A stretch of DNA of 64,000 bases from Podospora anserina (lineage: Eukaryota). The stretch covers positions 744,001 through 808,000 of the forward strand of contig CM030337.1 of the NCBI GenBank assembly GCA_017654855.1, given 5' to 3'. Positions 24,701 to 40,289 of the stretch are shown piece after piece; position 1 is the stretch's first letter; the number at the start of each line of letters is the position of its first letter. The notes beneath the pieces were generated by a model. It saw only the letters and a list, made by a program, of their open reading frames with translations. It made no database searches and was not told where the DNA came from. The position numbers and the translations under genes were made by a program.

Positions 24701-25536
24701 ACCATCGTGTTGCTTGCCCGGACAACCGCCATCCAAGTCCAGACTGATCTCAAAGGAGGGGTTGAACGATGCATTGCTGCAGACTAGAAGCTGTGTGACA
24801 GGAACGGCTGGTTTCGATTCGCAAACTGGAGCATCGCAGAGTGTTCGCAACCGAACAGAAAAGATGAACGGGATGAAATGCGTGCATGGCGCGAGAACAA
24901 CAAGACGAGACCGGGCTGACCCTGCTTGGTCGGCGATGGGTGGTGATCAAGGCTTATCTCTGGCGACACGCCAGGTGGTGCATATGTGCAGTTGACGGAG
25001 ATAGGTTCCTCTTCCTGCGATGCAGGCTAGGCAGACTGGGAATCGCTCTGAATTCATTCTGCTGGCTATAGTTTGCTTTTTGCTATTGCTCAATTGAGCC
25101 CGAAAATGACAGTAGTTCGACCAAGACCAGTTCTGCGCCGCAATCACGCAGGAAGCAACGCCATTCCGTGCCACCCATGTAACCGTAGACTCCCATGTCG
25201 ACCAGAACTGCAGATTCACACCCTCCACATCAGATGGAAAACCCCAGTGGTATCAATCTTTTGTTGCTCGGGAAAAGAAATAAAGAACAAAGAAAATCGC
25301 GTCCATCGCTCCATTGTTGGTTCTGTGTACCCAATCCATGGAGCTCTCTCTTTCATACATCCAGGGGGTTCAAAAGCATTGTTGCTTGCGTTTCCAGTCA
25401 TGCTCGTTGGCATCCACCACACGTCAAACCAAAGAAAGTTCACACTCTGAGATTCCAAAATCCCAACATACCATCCAAATGCCCAATTGGCCATTGACCG
25501 AAATCAGGCTGGGTAAGTCGTCGTCGTTGCACCCCC

Positions 25537-25980
25537 TTAATATCGCACCTGCATAGGAATGCCCGTCGTGGTCATGACAGGCCGCGGGGTGTCGCTTGTC
25601 GTAATTTGGTTGATGTTGATTTGGCTCATTTGAGTCCGGGGGTCCAAGACCTTTTGCCGCAAGGTCCAGTACGATCCAGCGGTGGCATTCGGAACAGCCT
25701 CCATGATGATGTATTGGAGCGTTCCCTGGAATGCTTTGGGGACGCAGACCTCGGTGGGCTGTCGCCAGGTTGCAAGAGCCCCGGTGGACTCCGCAGGCTC
25801 CATTGCTTCACGGCCCTCGGCCTGTAGACGAAACATGGTTAGTCACATGTAAGAACCACCAAGGACAACTATCAAACTCACAAGACAAGAGCCGCAAGCG
25901 TGGCCGTTCATAAACACCCAATTGGGGCAGTTGTAGCTCAAGAAGTACTTGCATCGGTACTTGTTGAATCCGCCAGACAT
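25537..25980 (-). CDS. 127-aa hypothetical protein with N-terminal Cys4 motif (YRCKYFLSYNCPNWVFMNGHACGSCLAEGR); exons 25882-25980 and 25537-25821
   Basis: ACCATG start, TATAAAG about 110 nt upstream, clean 60-nt intron (GTGAGT...ACTAAC...CAG) joining two ORF-track fragments in frame. Confidence 0.8.
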
Positions 25981-28900
25981 GGTGAAGGTGAGTTTGGTGC
26001 GTAAGGTGTGGGTGCTGCTGATTTTGATCCACGAAGGGAGATCTAAGGTGCAATAATAAGATGTGGACTGTCCGCTGACAGCCAAGCGACTTTATAAGTA
26101 GAAAGCTCGAGGTGCTTTCTGGGGTGTGTAGCTGAGGAAGGAGATGCCGTGGCTTGTTTTAGGTCTCCGGGGTCGTCTGAACACCTGCAATCATGTGGAT
26201 GGATAGAGGGAAAAAAGAAAACATGGCCCTCGAGGTTCACGGTAGATTTATATGTTGGATTGAACCATCTCGACGCGCTTTTGTCAACCTCTGACGTGAA
26301 CAGGGCGCATGGTACGACAAAGTCGACCAGCAGGCCAAGTGATCGGAGAGGTGCCGGCGGTTGGAAAGCCGAGGCGGGATTGACCAGGGGGGGGGGGGCC
26401 GGGGGTTGGTTTGGTTCACCCGGGTTCGACTTCCATGTGGCGCCTTCTTCAATGTTTGATGAATACCACCTGACATACGTCTTTTTACGACGACTGCCAT
26501 GTGCGTCCATGGTTCATCAAGGTTCCAGACACGCCATTTTGTTGATTGAGGGGTTCGGAGACACCACCCGGCGCCATTCTCCGTGCCTTGTAAACGATAG
26601 TATCAGGCCCGCTAGCGACGCCAAGGCCGAGTCTGGATGTTTTGGAAACTGGAATTACGGGGGAGCATCTCTGTCGTTGCGCTGTGGGCTCAAGGCACGA
26701 TACGAGCGAGCGAAATAAATTTGGGAAAAAGCCGGGGGTGTTGAGGGTGCTGCTCCGGAGCTGCATCGGGCCCCGTCTCAACGTCCTGCCTTGTGGGCGA
26801 CGAATAGGGAGTGTTGGCGGGCAGAGGTGCTTCTTCAGTGTACCCCCACTAGCAGCACTGACTTGTCGTTCCCGTCTCCTTGTGCTACCCGAGCAGTGAG
26901 GTCCCTTTTCTCCTTGCGTTGTGTTGTGTGATGTTGTGTCAGACGGGCCGGGTGGGTCGAGGCGGGAGCCAAGAAGGTGACACAAATTGGTCTTGACATG
27001 CCATTGTCAGTCTTTTTTTTTTTCGAGATCCGTATCTCTTCGACTGTTGCGGCTGAAAAAAGAAGCTTCTCCCGTCGGCAGAAGAAAAGAAGCAATGTGA
27101 ATGTGGGTTCTGCCCGCCAGCGATCGCTGCCTGTTGAGAAATGGTGTCAGAAACAAGCAACAGGGCCAGTCCCGGTCTGTCAGTGGGGATCCACTGCAGG
27201 CTAGCGGCTCGCGGGTCAGTGGGGCTAACACAGTGTTCTCACTGTCTTCAGTGCTCGCTGCCTCGAACAGATACCTTGTGCCATAATGCTACAAACCTCA
27301 AGTTTTCCCCGAAGTATTACGCAGATTTCAGGACGCCCACAGAATCCAAGTTCGGCCATGATGCCATGCAGCCAGACGCTCTAGGCCATCAAGAGGGCGA
27401 TTCTTTCCCAATATGTCGATCGACGAAGCAACAAGTTCTCCAACACAACAGGGTCGTCACTTTTCCTGCAAACATGCATCCAGCCTTGTTTCCTCTCCCA
27501 TCAGACCGTGAGGTAGCGTTGGAAGCGGGTACTCCGTGCATCTTCACATGGGCCTTGCATGAGATTCCTCTCTATTCTTGACTTTGTGACTTCTCAGCTA
27601 TCACGTCGAGAACAGAAACCCTCAATTCACCTCAGTTGCGACTCTTCCCCGGCCTATGCCGCGTTTGGTTATCACGGGGTCTTCAATCCTTGCGGCCTCG
27701 ATGGAACCCACTGTCCGGGTGCTATAACCGGACTTGACCAGTACCATCGATTTGCCTTTGCTTTTCACCGCTTACATCATGAGATTTGCGCTGCTCTTGA
27801 CCATGATATGATTATGGTACAACGACAGTCTCGCTCACTCACAGGTCCAGAAAAGATTTCACAGCAGAGACCTCTCACAGACCACAATATCTGACTCAAA
27901 TATACCCACTCTTCGAAGCGCCATCTCTAGAGACACGGAGTATCCAGGCGGGTATCAGCATATCACTTGCCCGCCTGTCGTAACACCCACGATAATACAG
28001 CTACAGGGAATCACCCCTTGGTCAATCTCCCTTCCTCCAGGCATACTTGACACCTCCTCTACACCGCAGCAGCGTCATGAGCCTCAGAAATAGTGTCATT
28101 CTTCGAGAATACGACACAAACCAAGAAATTCGGCACCTATCATGCCTTTCCGGCTTCCCCACGGCAGCTGCCACGACACATGGCGCCAGCCTAGCAGAAC
28201 ATATCACACAAATACTACTACACTCGACGGGCCATCCCGGGCGGTGTGTCACAGGCGGGCGCCGGGTGTTGAAGCCGCGTTATAATATAGGTCGGGATGG
28301 AGGTTCATGTTGCTTGTTGCCATCCTCGAGGACAATTGGCCATGAGCATGACGAGTGTAGCTTTGCATTGATCACCTCTAATTGACTGCAACCTCAGTAT
28401 CAGCGGAGGTCAACCCACCGAGAAGGAGAGAGACATCAAACACCAACTGAACATATCTCGGGGATAGACAACCCAACACAAGGAAAATCCACAGAGGGCC
28501 AGACGCTTGGGATCCTCCCCATCATGGCCCCATTCACCGGGTTCCAACTCATACATACCCACCACTGTCAGCTCGCATATACCCAAAGCCGATTGGACCG
28601 CCTCGGCAGCATTGTATTGACATGGTAGCACGGCATTTGCATAGCAAGCCACCAAAACGCCATCTTTCTCAGTCAGGTCTCGGGGAACAGAGCGCAAAAT
28701 GCCCATGTCCCGGACCGGCCGCCGGCCGTCCATACCTCGGCAAGCCGCATGTGCTTTCCTTCCCTATCTACTGATTGGACCGAAGGTGTAGAGATGATGG
28801 GTTTGACGTTTCACTGCTTCGATATGCCTTTTGGACCCATGAAACCGGCGAGCAAAGCTGCTATCTATCGTAAAGAGAGGGATGATAATGGTTGGGGGAA

Positions 28901-29689
28901 ATGATACCCCTGCTTGTCGGGGGGGTTGTCTTCCACACCTTTCATATCACGAGCGGATTTTGTGTTGTAGAATAGAGAGATTCTAGAAGAATTTGAGCAG
29001 CATCAATTTTTTTTTTCTTTTCTTGACTGGAAGGAGAAGATTCCATGCGTGACATTCACAGCTTGATCAATCATTCTTGTTGTCTCTCTTCCCTATCACC
29101 ACCATCGCCATCACCACGCAAGCCAGTACCATTTATACACACACATTCCTGCGTCATCTCACAAAAACGTCACCCAAAACTCTTAGTCCGTCCCCCAAAT
29201 TACCCCTTATTCAACCATCCCGATAACACCCACTATCCTAACAAAGTATCCCTCTCCCTCGACATCTCCACAAAGCCATGATAAATCTTGGACGTCATCC
29301 AGGCCACACCCACACCCACACCCGCCTTCTTCTCTCACACAGCTGACAACCCCCCCACCATTACTCTCCCGTCAAACTTACAAATCTTGCTCAAAGTCCC
29401 ACAATCTCTACAGCATTCCCCCCTCTAACCATCGCACACATCACGTATCTCACGATCCAGCAAGAAAGTAAACCCTTCCTGTTCAGAAATCCTCATCTTC
29501 CACCCGCAAGCAAAAGCTCGCCCCTCTGTCTCACGCTTCCCCGTAAACACAACTAGGTAGTTACCCACATCAACACACGCCCAAAAATTGCACCATGTCC
29601 CAAATCATCAAATTGTCTATTTTACCTTCCCCCCCCACCCCCAACCCCCAACATGCTCAGATACATTAACACATCCCATACACACCAAA

Positions 29690-32304
<2,615 letters not shown>

Positions 32305-32835
32305 TTATCTCACCGGGACTTATACAGCTGTTCAAGCTTTCAAGTGCTAACTTGTCGAATTTATGACAAGTATTTATACATTGTTTTCGAGGTGGGTTTG
32401 ATGAGGAGAGGTCTACTCATTCTACTCTCAGCAGCTCAGAACAGGTCAAAACAAACATCTCTACAGATTAAGTCGCTTATGTATCACTCTATCCGATCTC
32501 ACACCCCGCGTTCCACACTGTTTCTGCCCTGACCCAAGCACAGCAACCCAAATTTTCTCTCAGGGTTCGGGCTCACCTAGACAATCGGCATATTGGGAAG
32601 AAACGTGGTGGCACAGTCCCGAGTTCACTTTGGGGCCCCGTTGTACCTATCATAGAGCAGCTTTGAATCATCATTCAAGTTTGGGTTTTCCCCTGCTTTT
32701 GCTCCAAGTCCGACTCGACGTCCGTCCCATCACCCCGCGGTGGTTGTTAGCCCCGCCAAACTGAATGTGCTTTTATATACCACCTCTATCACATCGCTAC
32801 ACTCACTCTACCCAAGCTCATAAATCGACCCCAAC

Positions 32836-35316
32836 ATGTCGTATTCAGGAGCCCTCAACCCGGCCTCGGAGGACTACGAGTCCCGTCCTCATTACTACAT
32901 TGGCCAGCACGACTCGGACCGGTGCGAGGTCCTCGACGACGACCAGTACAACCAGGTTCTTAACAGTGGAGTAAGATCCCTTGCAGATTCCCGAGCGTAA
33001 ACAAACACTAACACGGACTGTCTAGTTCAACTTTGTCACTGCCCCAATCACCAACCAGCATTTCTTCCGGAGGGTTGTCAACCAGCACAAGGAATTTCTC
33101 AAGGAGAGGCAAGAATGGAACGACCGTCTGGCTCCGGCTCAAAGGACGAACCCGTCTCTGCCAGTACCCATCGTGCCTACACTGACAGATGAGGACACCT
33201 CGCTGTACCCAAGCCACCACATCGGCTCCTTCATCACCTATGCCAGCCCATGGATCGACCTTTGCTCCACAGACCCGTACATCTCGGGCGTCTCTCGCCA
33301 GGTCCTCAACATGGAGGTCGCCTATGCCAACTTCTGCGGTGCCAGGACCATCGTGATCCCCGGGCCTAGGCAAGATGAGAGCGGCCGTGGTGTTGCTCAG
33401 TTTGCCCGTGCGATTCAGGAGGCGTTGCTTCAGGTGACAAGGGCTAACCTGATCATTCACCTGCCCATGTACCGCGAGCCCCTGTTGGAGGAGAAGTGCG
33501 AGACGCTCTCGGATATCTTTGACGGGAGCCGTATGGACGCTGACCCCAAGAAAGAGATTGACATCTTCACTTCATGGGACTCATGGCACACCATCCGCTC
33601 AGTATGCGAGTACTCGAGCAGATTATTCCTCGCCCTCCGCATTCCTCGCCGTGTGCCGGAAAAGAACCTCCAGGAGCGGTGGTTCTCGGAGCCATTGCAC
33701 TTCTTGACCATCGGCCAGTCCGTCTTTCAGTCCAACCGAGCCGGCAGCCCAACCCTCACCAAGCACCACCAAGATCTCATCAACCGTTACATGCGTCTCA
33801 AGAACGCCCCCTGGATCATCCTGAATGATGTCGGCCCCAACGCCGAAGACCTCGGCGCCGCCCGTGCCATCAAAGCGATCGAGTACCCCTCCCTCGCCGA
33901 AGCAAGCAAAGCCCTCCAGGAACGCAAGCCCAAGTCGGGCCTGAACGAGTACGTCTCGTACATGAAGTACCTCGAGCGCCAACAACCCCCCTACACGGCC
34001 ATGGAAACCCCAGCCTTGACTAGTTTCCAAGACTGGCTCCAGTCCCCCCTCCAGCCCCTCGCCGACAACCTCGAGTCAGCCACCTACGAGGTCTTCGAGG
34101 GCGACCCGGTCAAATACGACCAGTACGAAGCCGCCATCAAGGAAGCCATGGCCGAGTGGAAGATCCTCAAGAAGCCCTCGGCCCTCGGGACAGAGAGCGA
34201 GCCTTACAACCCAGAACTCGTCTGCGCTGTCGCCGGCGCCGGCCGTGGGCCTCTTGTTACTCGTGTCCTCCGCGCAGCACAGGCAACCAACACCAAGATC
34301 CAACTCTGGGCCGTGGAGAAGAACCAGAACGCGTTTGTCTACCTCTTGAACAAGAACAAGCGGGAGTGGGACGGGCAGGTGACGCTCGTCAAGACAGACA
34401 TGCGCGGCTGGGGCGGGCCGGTTCCCCGGGGGTCGTCTACGCCGTGCAAAGTTGACATACTGGTGACGGAGCTCCTTGGTTCGTTTGGAGACAATGAGCT
34501 GTCGCCTGAATGTCTGGATGGCATCCAGAACCATCTCTTTCAACCGAGCGGGATGTCCATCCCTCACAGCTACACCGCCCACCTCTCCCCGATCTCCACC
34601 CCGAGGCTGTTTGCTGACATCGCCTCCCGCGAGTCAGACCCGCACGCGTTTGAGATCCCTTATGTTGTTAGATTGTTTCAGCTGGATTTCAACGCGCAAA
34701 AGGTCCCTAATCACCCGAGGTTTCAGCAGGCGTGGGAGTTTGTTCATCCTGTTGGTGTCAACAGGGCGGACGAGTTTGCTGCTGAGTATGGGTTTGGGAG
34801 GAAGTATGTCACTCCCGGCGGGGGGGCGATGTATGGGAGTAATGGGACGAACGAGCATAATGCCAGGCGCTGTCACTTGACGTTTGTTTGCCCTACGCGG
34901 GGTGTTACTCATGGGTTGGCGGGGTATTTTGAGTCGACGCTTTATGAGAGCCAGTTGGAGGGGGGGGGAGAGGGGAAAAAGGTGGAGATTAGCATCTTGC
35001 CTGATCAGATCGATAGGAAGAGTAAGGATATGATTAGTTGGTTTCCCATCTTTTTTCCGCTCAAGGTATGTAACATTCGCAAAAGGAGAATGGGAGGTGG
35101 GGGGAGGACGGTTTTGCTGACATGACGCACGATTAGAAACCGCTGTACTTTCCTCAGGACGCCGAGTTGGAGGTTAGCATGTGGAGGCAGACGGACGACA
35201 CAAAGGTTTGGTATGAGTGGCTGGTCGAGGTGTACGCCTGGGTTGGGCCGCAGACGAGGATCAAGGTGGGGGCGAGCGAGATGCATAGTAGTAAGAAGGT
35301 TGCTTGTTTGATGTAG
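32836..35316 (+). CDS. PRMT5: Type II protein arginine methyltransferase PRMT5 (Skb1/Hsl7), about 784 aa; introns 32971-33025 and 35066-35136
   Basis: ASPWIDL, LQSPLQPLADNLESATYEVFEGDPVKY, AGAGRGPLV, VTELLGSFGDNELSPECLDG, MISWFPIFFPLK and KVWYEW motifs. Confidence 0.95.
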
Positions 35317-35799
35317 TTGTGTTGGATAGTAGAGGGGGTATATGGTAGGCTAGGGAAAAGAAGGGGTGTTTTAAAAAGTCGGTTTTGAATTGCTACTTTG
35401 AGATATCTGACTCTTTGGTTTTGGCCCCATTGTGTCAGCAGAGAGAGAGAGAGAGAGGTATCGACAGACAGCGAAGAAACCTCTTACCATTTTTTATCTC
35501 TATCATGGAAGATTTTATGTAACGCCTTTTTCTTTTTCTTTTTTGCCGCCCTTCATCCCCCTTCTCCGACTTGCTCTTTGCGCCGCATAATGTCCTCCTC
35601 CCCTTCTGTTGGGCCAGTCAAGTTATCGTGATGACACTGGCGGCAATGTAGAAATGTTTTGCGCCGTCATCGTCTTGTTGGTATTAACCCCCCCATGTGA
35701 GACCCAGTCCCTCCCCAATCGCGACCTCGCGTCAATGTCCTATTGCGTTCTCTATCCATCCCACTCTCGATCTTAAAACTTCAGCCCCACGCCCGCCGC

Positions 35800-36149
35800 T
35801 CACTCCTCCATCTTCGTATCCCCCCCCTTGTCCCCCCCCTCAGCACCCCTTACATAAAGCACATTATTACACCGGATCAGGACCTGGCCGAGGGTGCCCG
35901 TGAACTTTTGCTCAATGAACTCCTCCGTGTTGGCGAGCTGGATGTTCATGTAGGAGTCGATGCTCTGTTTTGTTTTGCCGTCGTCATATCGTCAGTGTAC
36001 CGATTGTTTCTATTGCACTTTTGGGATAAAAAACATACGACTAATCTCCCCTTGTACTCTGTCTCGTTCCACTTTAGGCGGACGATCACGTCCTTGTTGA
36101 CGAGGTCTTGGAGGAAGGGCCGGGGGTTGACGGGGACGAAGGAGGACAT
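35800..36149 (-). CDS. SMX3: Small nuclear ribonucleoprotein F (SmF), 91 aa; intron 35965-36038
   Basis: [74 protein letters not shown] (Sm1 and Sm2 motifs). Confidence 0.95.
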
Positions 36150-36612
36150 TTTTGCTTTTTCTCTCCCGTTGACTGTATGGGGTGATAGATGTGTGGTGGG
36201 CGGGAGCCGTTGTCGTCGTGGTCGTCGTGGTCGTGGTCGTCGTCGTTGTGGTGATTGATGATGGTGGTGGTGGATAGTCAGTCGATAATTAGTTGATAAC
36301 AGCGAATGCGACCAGCAAGCAAGCTTGGGGGAAATTTTGGCTTGGCATTTTGCGCAACTGGCGCGGCGCGCAAACCGCGTCGTTGGTTGGTTTGGGTAGG
36401 TGGGCAGGTGGCTGGCGGGTGGCACGGGCTGGCATCACTCAACACACTCTCTTACTCATCACAGATGTTCGTAAATGTAGTTTTTGAAACAAATAATCAT
36501 AATAATAATACAAAATACAGCTCAGTATAAACATTCAGCAATTCAAGGAGTTTCATTAACCCACCCAACCCTCATCTACACCGCCGTTGAAGAGCCCAAT
36601 TCCCGTCCCCAG

Positions 36613-36647
36613 TCATCCATCCATCCATCCATCCATCCATCCATCCA
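36613..36647. repeat. (CATC)n microsatellite
   Basis: About 8 visible units. Confidence 0.85.
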
Positions 36648-36922
36648 CCCCCTTTCAAAAAAACCAAAAAAGTCATGATATAACCTATCCAAAGTCCGTC
36701 TAACATAGCCCCAAATAATCCATCCATCCCCAGTAATCACGCTGATGAAATACCCGCCCGTTTCCCAAGTAAAATCAAACATGAAAAGCCACCGTTCCCA
36801 AAGTCCAAATCCCAGAAATGATATAATATATGAAACAGATCTCCCCCACCCAACTTCCTCACTCATGCGCTTTGATCTTGCTTGTTTACCCTCACCTCCC
36901 CAGGTAACCACCACCCTCCCAA

Positions 36923-38299
36923 TCACAACCACCCCAACGGACTCGCCGCCCCCCTCCCCAGCCTCGTATCCGTCAACCCGCCACTACTCCCGGTAGCCTG
37001 CGTGACCCCCGTCCACCCCGTCATCCCACTCTCCGGACTCGCCGCCCTTTCCCTCTCAACCGGCACCTCCGCCTCCAGCTCGGCTGGCGCCCTCGTCCCG
37101 ATGGGAACTTGAATCCCCACCCCGTACATCACCCCGCTATCCCCCCTCCCATGGCTCCTTTTACTTTCATACGTCCTCACACTGCCCGGACTGTGCAGCA
37201 AGCTCTGGCTTCTCTTCCCGTACCCACCACCCAGCCTTGGGGAAGGTTCCTCCGATAGCTCGTACGGTGGCGGGATGGCACGGTAAGAAACCGATTTTTC
37301 TTTGGGAGGGACGGGGGGTGCTTCGGCGTGCTCGGGAATGGTGTTGTGGTGCATTCGGGAGGAGGATCGATGGGAGCGTTGGGAGCGGTAGGATGGGGTT
37401 GGGGCTGTATGTTGACTGTTTGTGTCGTCGTAGAAGGTATGGTGGGGGTGGGAGCGGGTGCTGTAGCGTGAAGGGGCGCCGCTTCCGAGTTGGGGGGGTT
37501 TTTGTTTGGGGGCGTATTGTTTCCTGCGACGGCGCATGTAGCACCAGAGACATAGCGAGGAAAAAATGATGAAAAACCCCAGGCCGCCGCCGACGGCGAT
37601 GCCGATTATGGCTGTTGAGCTTAGGCCGGCGGACGAGGAGCTGGTGTTGTCTGGGGGGAGAAGGACGTTGGTTGCGGGGGGGATGGCTGCTGTTCGGGAG
37701 GGGATGAGGGCGTTCTAGATAGGGGGTTAGTATGTACACGGACGAAAAGGGGGAAGGGGGAGACATACGGAGAGATCAGAGGCTTGGAAGCGGATCTGAA
37801 CTGCATAGGCTGATATCGCGCCTCCTCTGAGGGTGACGGTTGCAGTGCTGGCGATGGTGGAGTTTTTGATGACGATTGGCTTGAGTTCGCCGGCGCCGCC
37901 TTGCCAGACCGTGGTGCATCCTGATTCCGGCTTTGATTCGGTTGCGCAGGTGTATTCGACACCATAACTGGACGTGCATGTTAGCGCTCAAGTCTTCCGT
38001 GAGCGTGAGATATCAACATACTTTGGACAGCAGGCAATGGCGGTTTCCGTCACGGTGCTTGATGTGCGAACACTCGAGCATGCAGCTGTATACTCCTGCG
38101 GGCAGAACCCAGGCGAGTAGTATTTTGTCGGTTCCGGATCATAACCACTCGGGAAACAGTCTTTATGTGTTGGGAATAGCGGCCCCTGAACATAACTCGA
38201 CTCCTTATCCCCCTCAAAAACCTCGTAAAAGTTGGAAAGAACCGTCGCACAACTCGACGGAGCCGAGAAGGTCGTGGTCAACGGACCGATGGCCGCCAT
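36923..38299 (-). CDS. Fungal single-pass membrane protein, about 422 aa (Cys/Thr-rich N-domain, one TM helix, S/P/R-rich tail); exons 38022-38299, 37769-37967, 36923-37714
   Basis: CFPSGY...YYSPGFCPQEYTAAC...ETAIACCP motif; GLSSTAIIGIAVGGGLGFFIIFSSLCLWCYMRRRRK TM and stop-transfer segment; two 54-nt GTATGT introns keep the frame. Confidence 0.8.
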
Positions 38300-40289
38300 C
38301 TTTGAGCCGCCCGCTCGTTGTTATCCGATATCAATTCGTCGTCAACCCATCCAATGTCACAGCTGCTTGGCGTTGATGTTTCGTCCTCGACAAAAAGTTG
38401 CACAATTCCTTGGTGTTTGTCGTTTTAGAGTCTTGTCGTCTGAAGAGATGAGATGACGAAAAGAAGGATAGACAGAAAATGCAGAAGAGAGAGAGGGAGA
38501 GAGAGGGAGGGAGAGGAAAGATTAACGAGACCCAGGCCCAACGGCGCAATTTCCATTCCCAGAAGGGACTTGGGTGCAGCACCGCCGGGGGGTTTTCTGC
38601 ACGCCGCTCTCGTGCTCACACGCTCGGCGATTGAACCCACCTTTTCCCCTTCCCTCACCACCTCCTGGTGCGTTGGGGTCCGGAGGCGGCGAGGCGGCGA
38701 GGCGGCACCGTATTGATAGCTCTGCAGACAACTGATGCTGCTGAGCTGTTGAATCGAGTCTACTGCTGGCAAAAGAGCTCTCTACCTTTTGACACGAAGC
38801 ATTGAAGCAACCCTTGGGGTTCGGGCATCTCGGCCATCTTCTGGCTCCCTTTGGGATGCGATGGCGGCAAATTGACCAATGGAAACAGGTGTGGTTTTTC
38901 TAGCAAACTCAGCCCCCCTGTTTACCAACTGGTGCAAGTTTGTTCCTCTGTCAGGTCCGGTTTGTGTCTGAGCAAAAAAGAGTGACAGCAGCAGGTCCAG
39001 GTCTCTGGGAGACGGCACAGAACGTCGGGGAACGTGGCTGAATGCGACTTTACTGGTGTTGCTGACCTCAGAGCCCACTTCGAGGGGGAGGTAGGTAGGT
39101 ACCTGACGTGTAAAAAAAGCGACGGGTCCAGAAGGCGGGGAGCCCGTGTTTCCAAGCGCATTTTCTCTCAGACTGTCCCCCTCATCTTTGCCGCGTTGCT
39201 ACTTGACCAGCTGGACCTCCTGAGAGTTGATCACGTCGTGATTGTTTCCAGTAGAGAGACACGGGAGGTTGATATTCAGACATCATAAAGCCGAGACCAA
39301 TGCCTTTCGGCAGTTTTTCTTCAACAACAATGCATTTGTTCATGGAGAGTCCAAGACATGAACCCTGCACCACCGCCAGCCTTGCAGGGCCCCAACCGAT
39401 GGCGACCAACGCGCTACCCGTCGATCCAAAGAAGCGTGTGGGGCCTCGTCTATCCACGACGAACCACGACGACGTCCCTTCAGCTGGCTGTCTTTCTGTC
39501 AGTATGAGCTCATAAGAAACACTATCAATTGAAATATTCTTCATGATGCCGGAGAAACAACAACATCAAACTGACCGACACGGAAAAAGCTTCCGTTTGT
39601 CCAGCGAGCAACATCACAGCTGACAGCTGACAAGTTGAGCTGGACGTCAGCACACCAAACATGGATGGATTTGTTCCAGCGTTTCGATAATCGTCCAACC
39701 CGGCTAGACTCCCTTGGCGTTGCAATAGCGGATCACATCCCTGCAAGCACTTACGGCGATCCCTGCTGATTGGCCCGCCCTCTTGTCAAATGTCGGTGCA
39801 CGTGCCATCTGTTTATCATAATCTTCTTATCGGTCTTCTCCAAGCTTTATCAGTTCGAGGGGCACTTGACGGCAGCTTTGCTTTCCATGTCGTGCTTTCT
39901 GGGTAGATACCTACCTACCCCTCATCTTTCCCCCGCCGAAAGCAGGCCTGACTCGTTGAGCACACCATGCACACCGGACAAAGAGGCCAGTGGGAGAGAG
40001 ACAGGCTGGTGGTGGAAAGCTCCGAGGAGAGCACTTGAGTTGGAGCTTTCCTTGTTTATTGCATGCCGGACTCGGTGAGAGCTTCCACCAGGCTCGGAGA
40101 AGAAGAGAATTCTCAAAAGAAGTCTGTCTTTGGGCCCTTTTCCCCCCTTCTCTCTCACCTACCTCGGGATACTTGAATCAATCACTGTAGTACCTGTCCC
40201 CTAGAACCTCACTTCTGTCTCCTCTGCCTCTGCATGTGTTAACCACCACCGCCCAATTTATCCCTACACATCCTGATCGCCTCAACAGG

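Noticed and set aside
28047..28733. 100-110 aa ORFs upstream of the Cys4 micro-gene
   Set aside because: No motifs, codon bias or splice structure to support them
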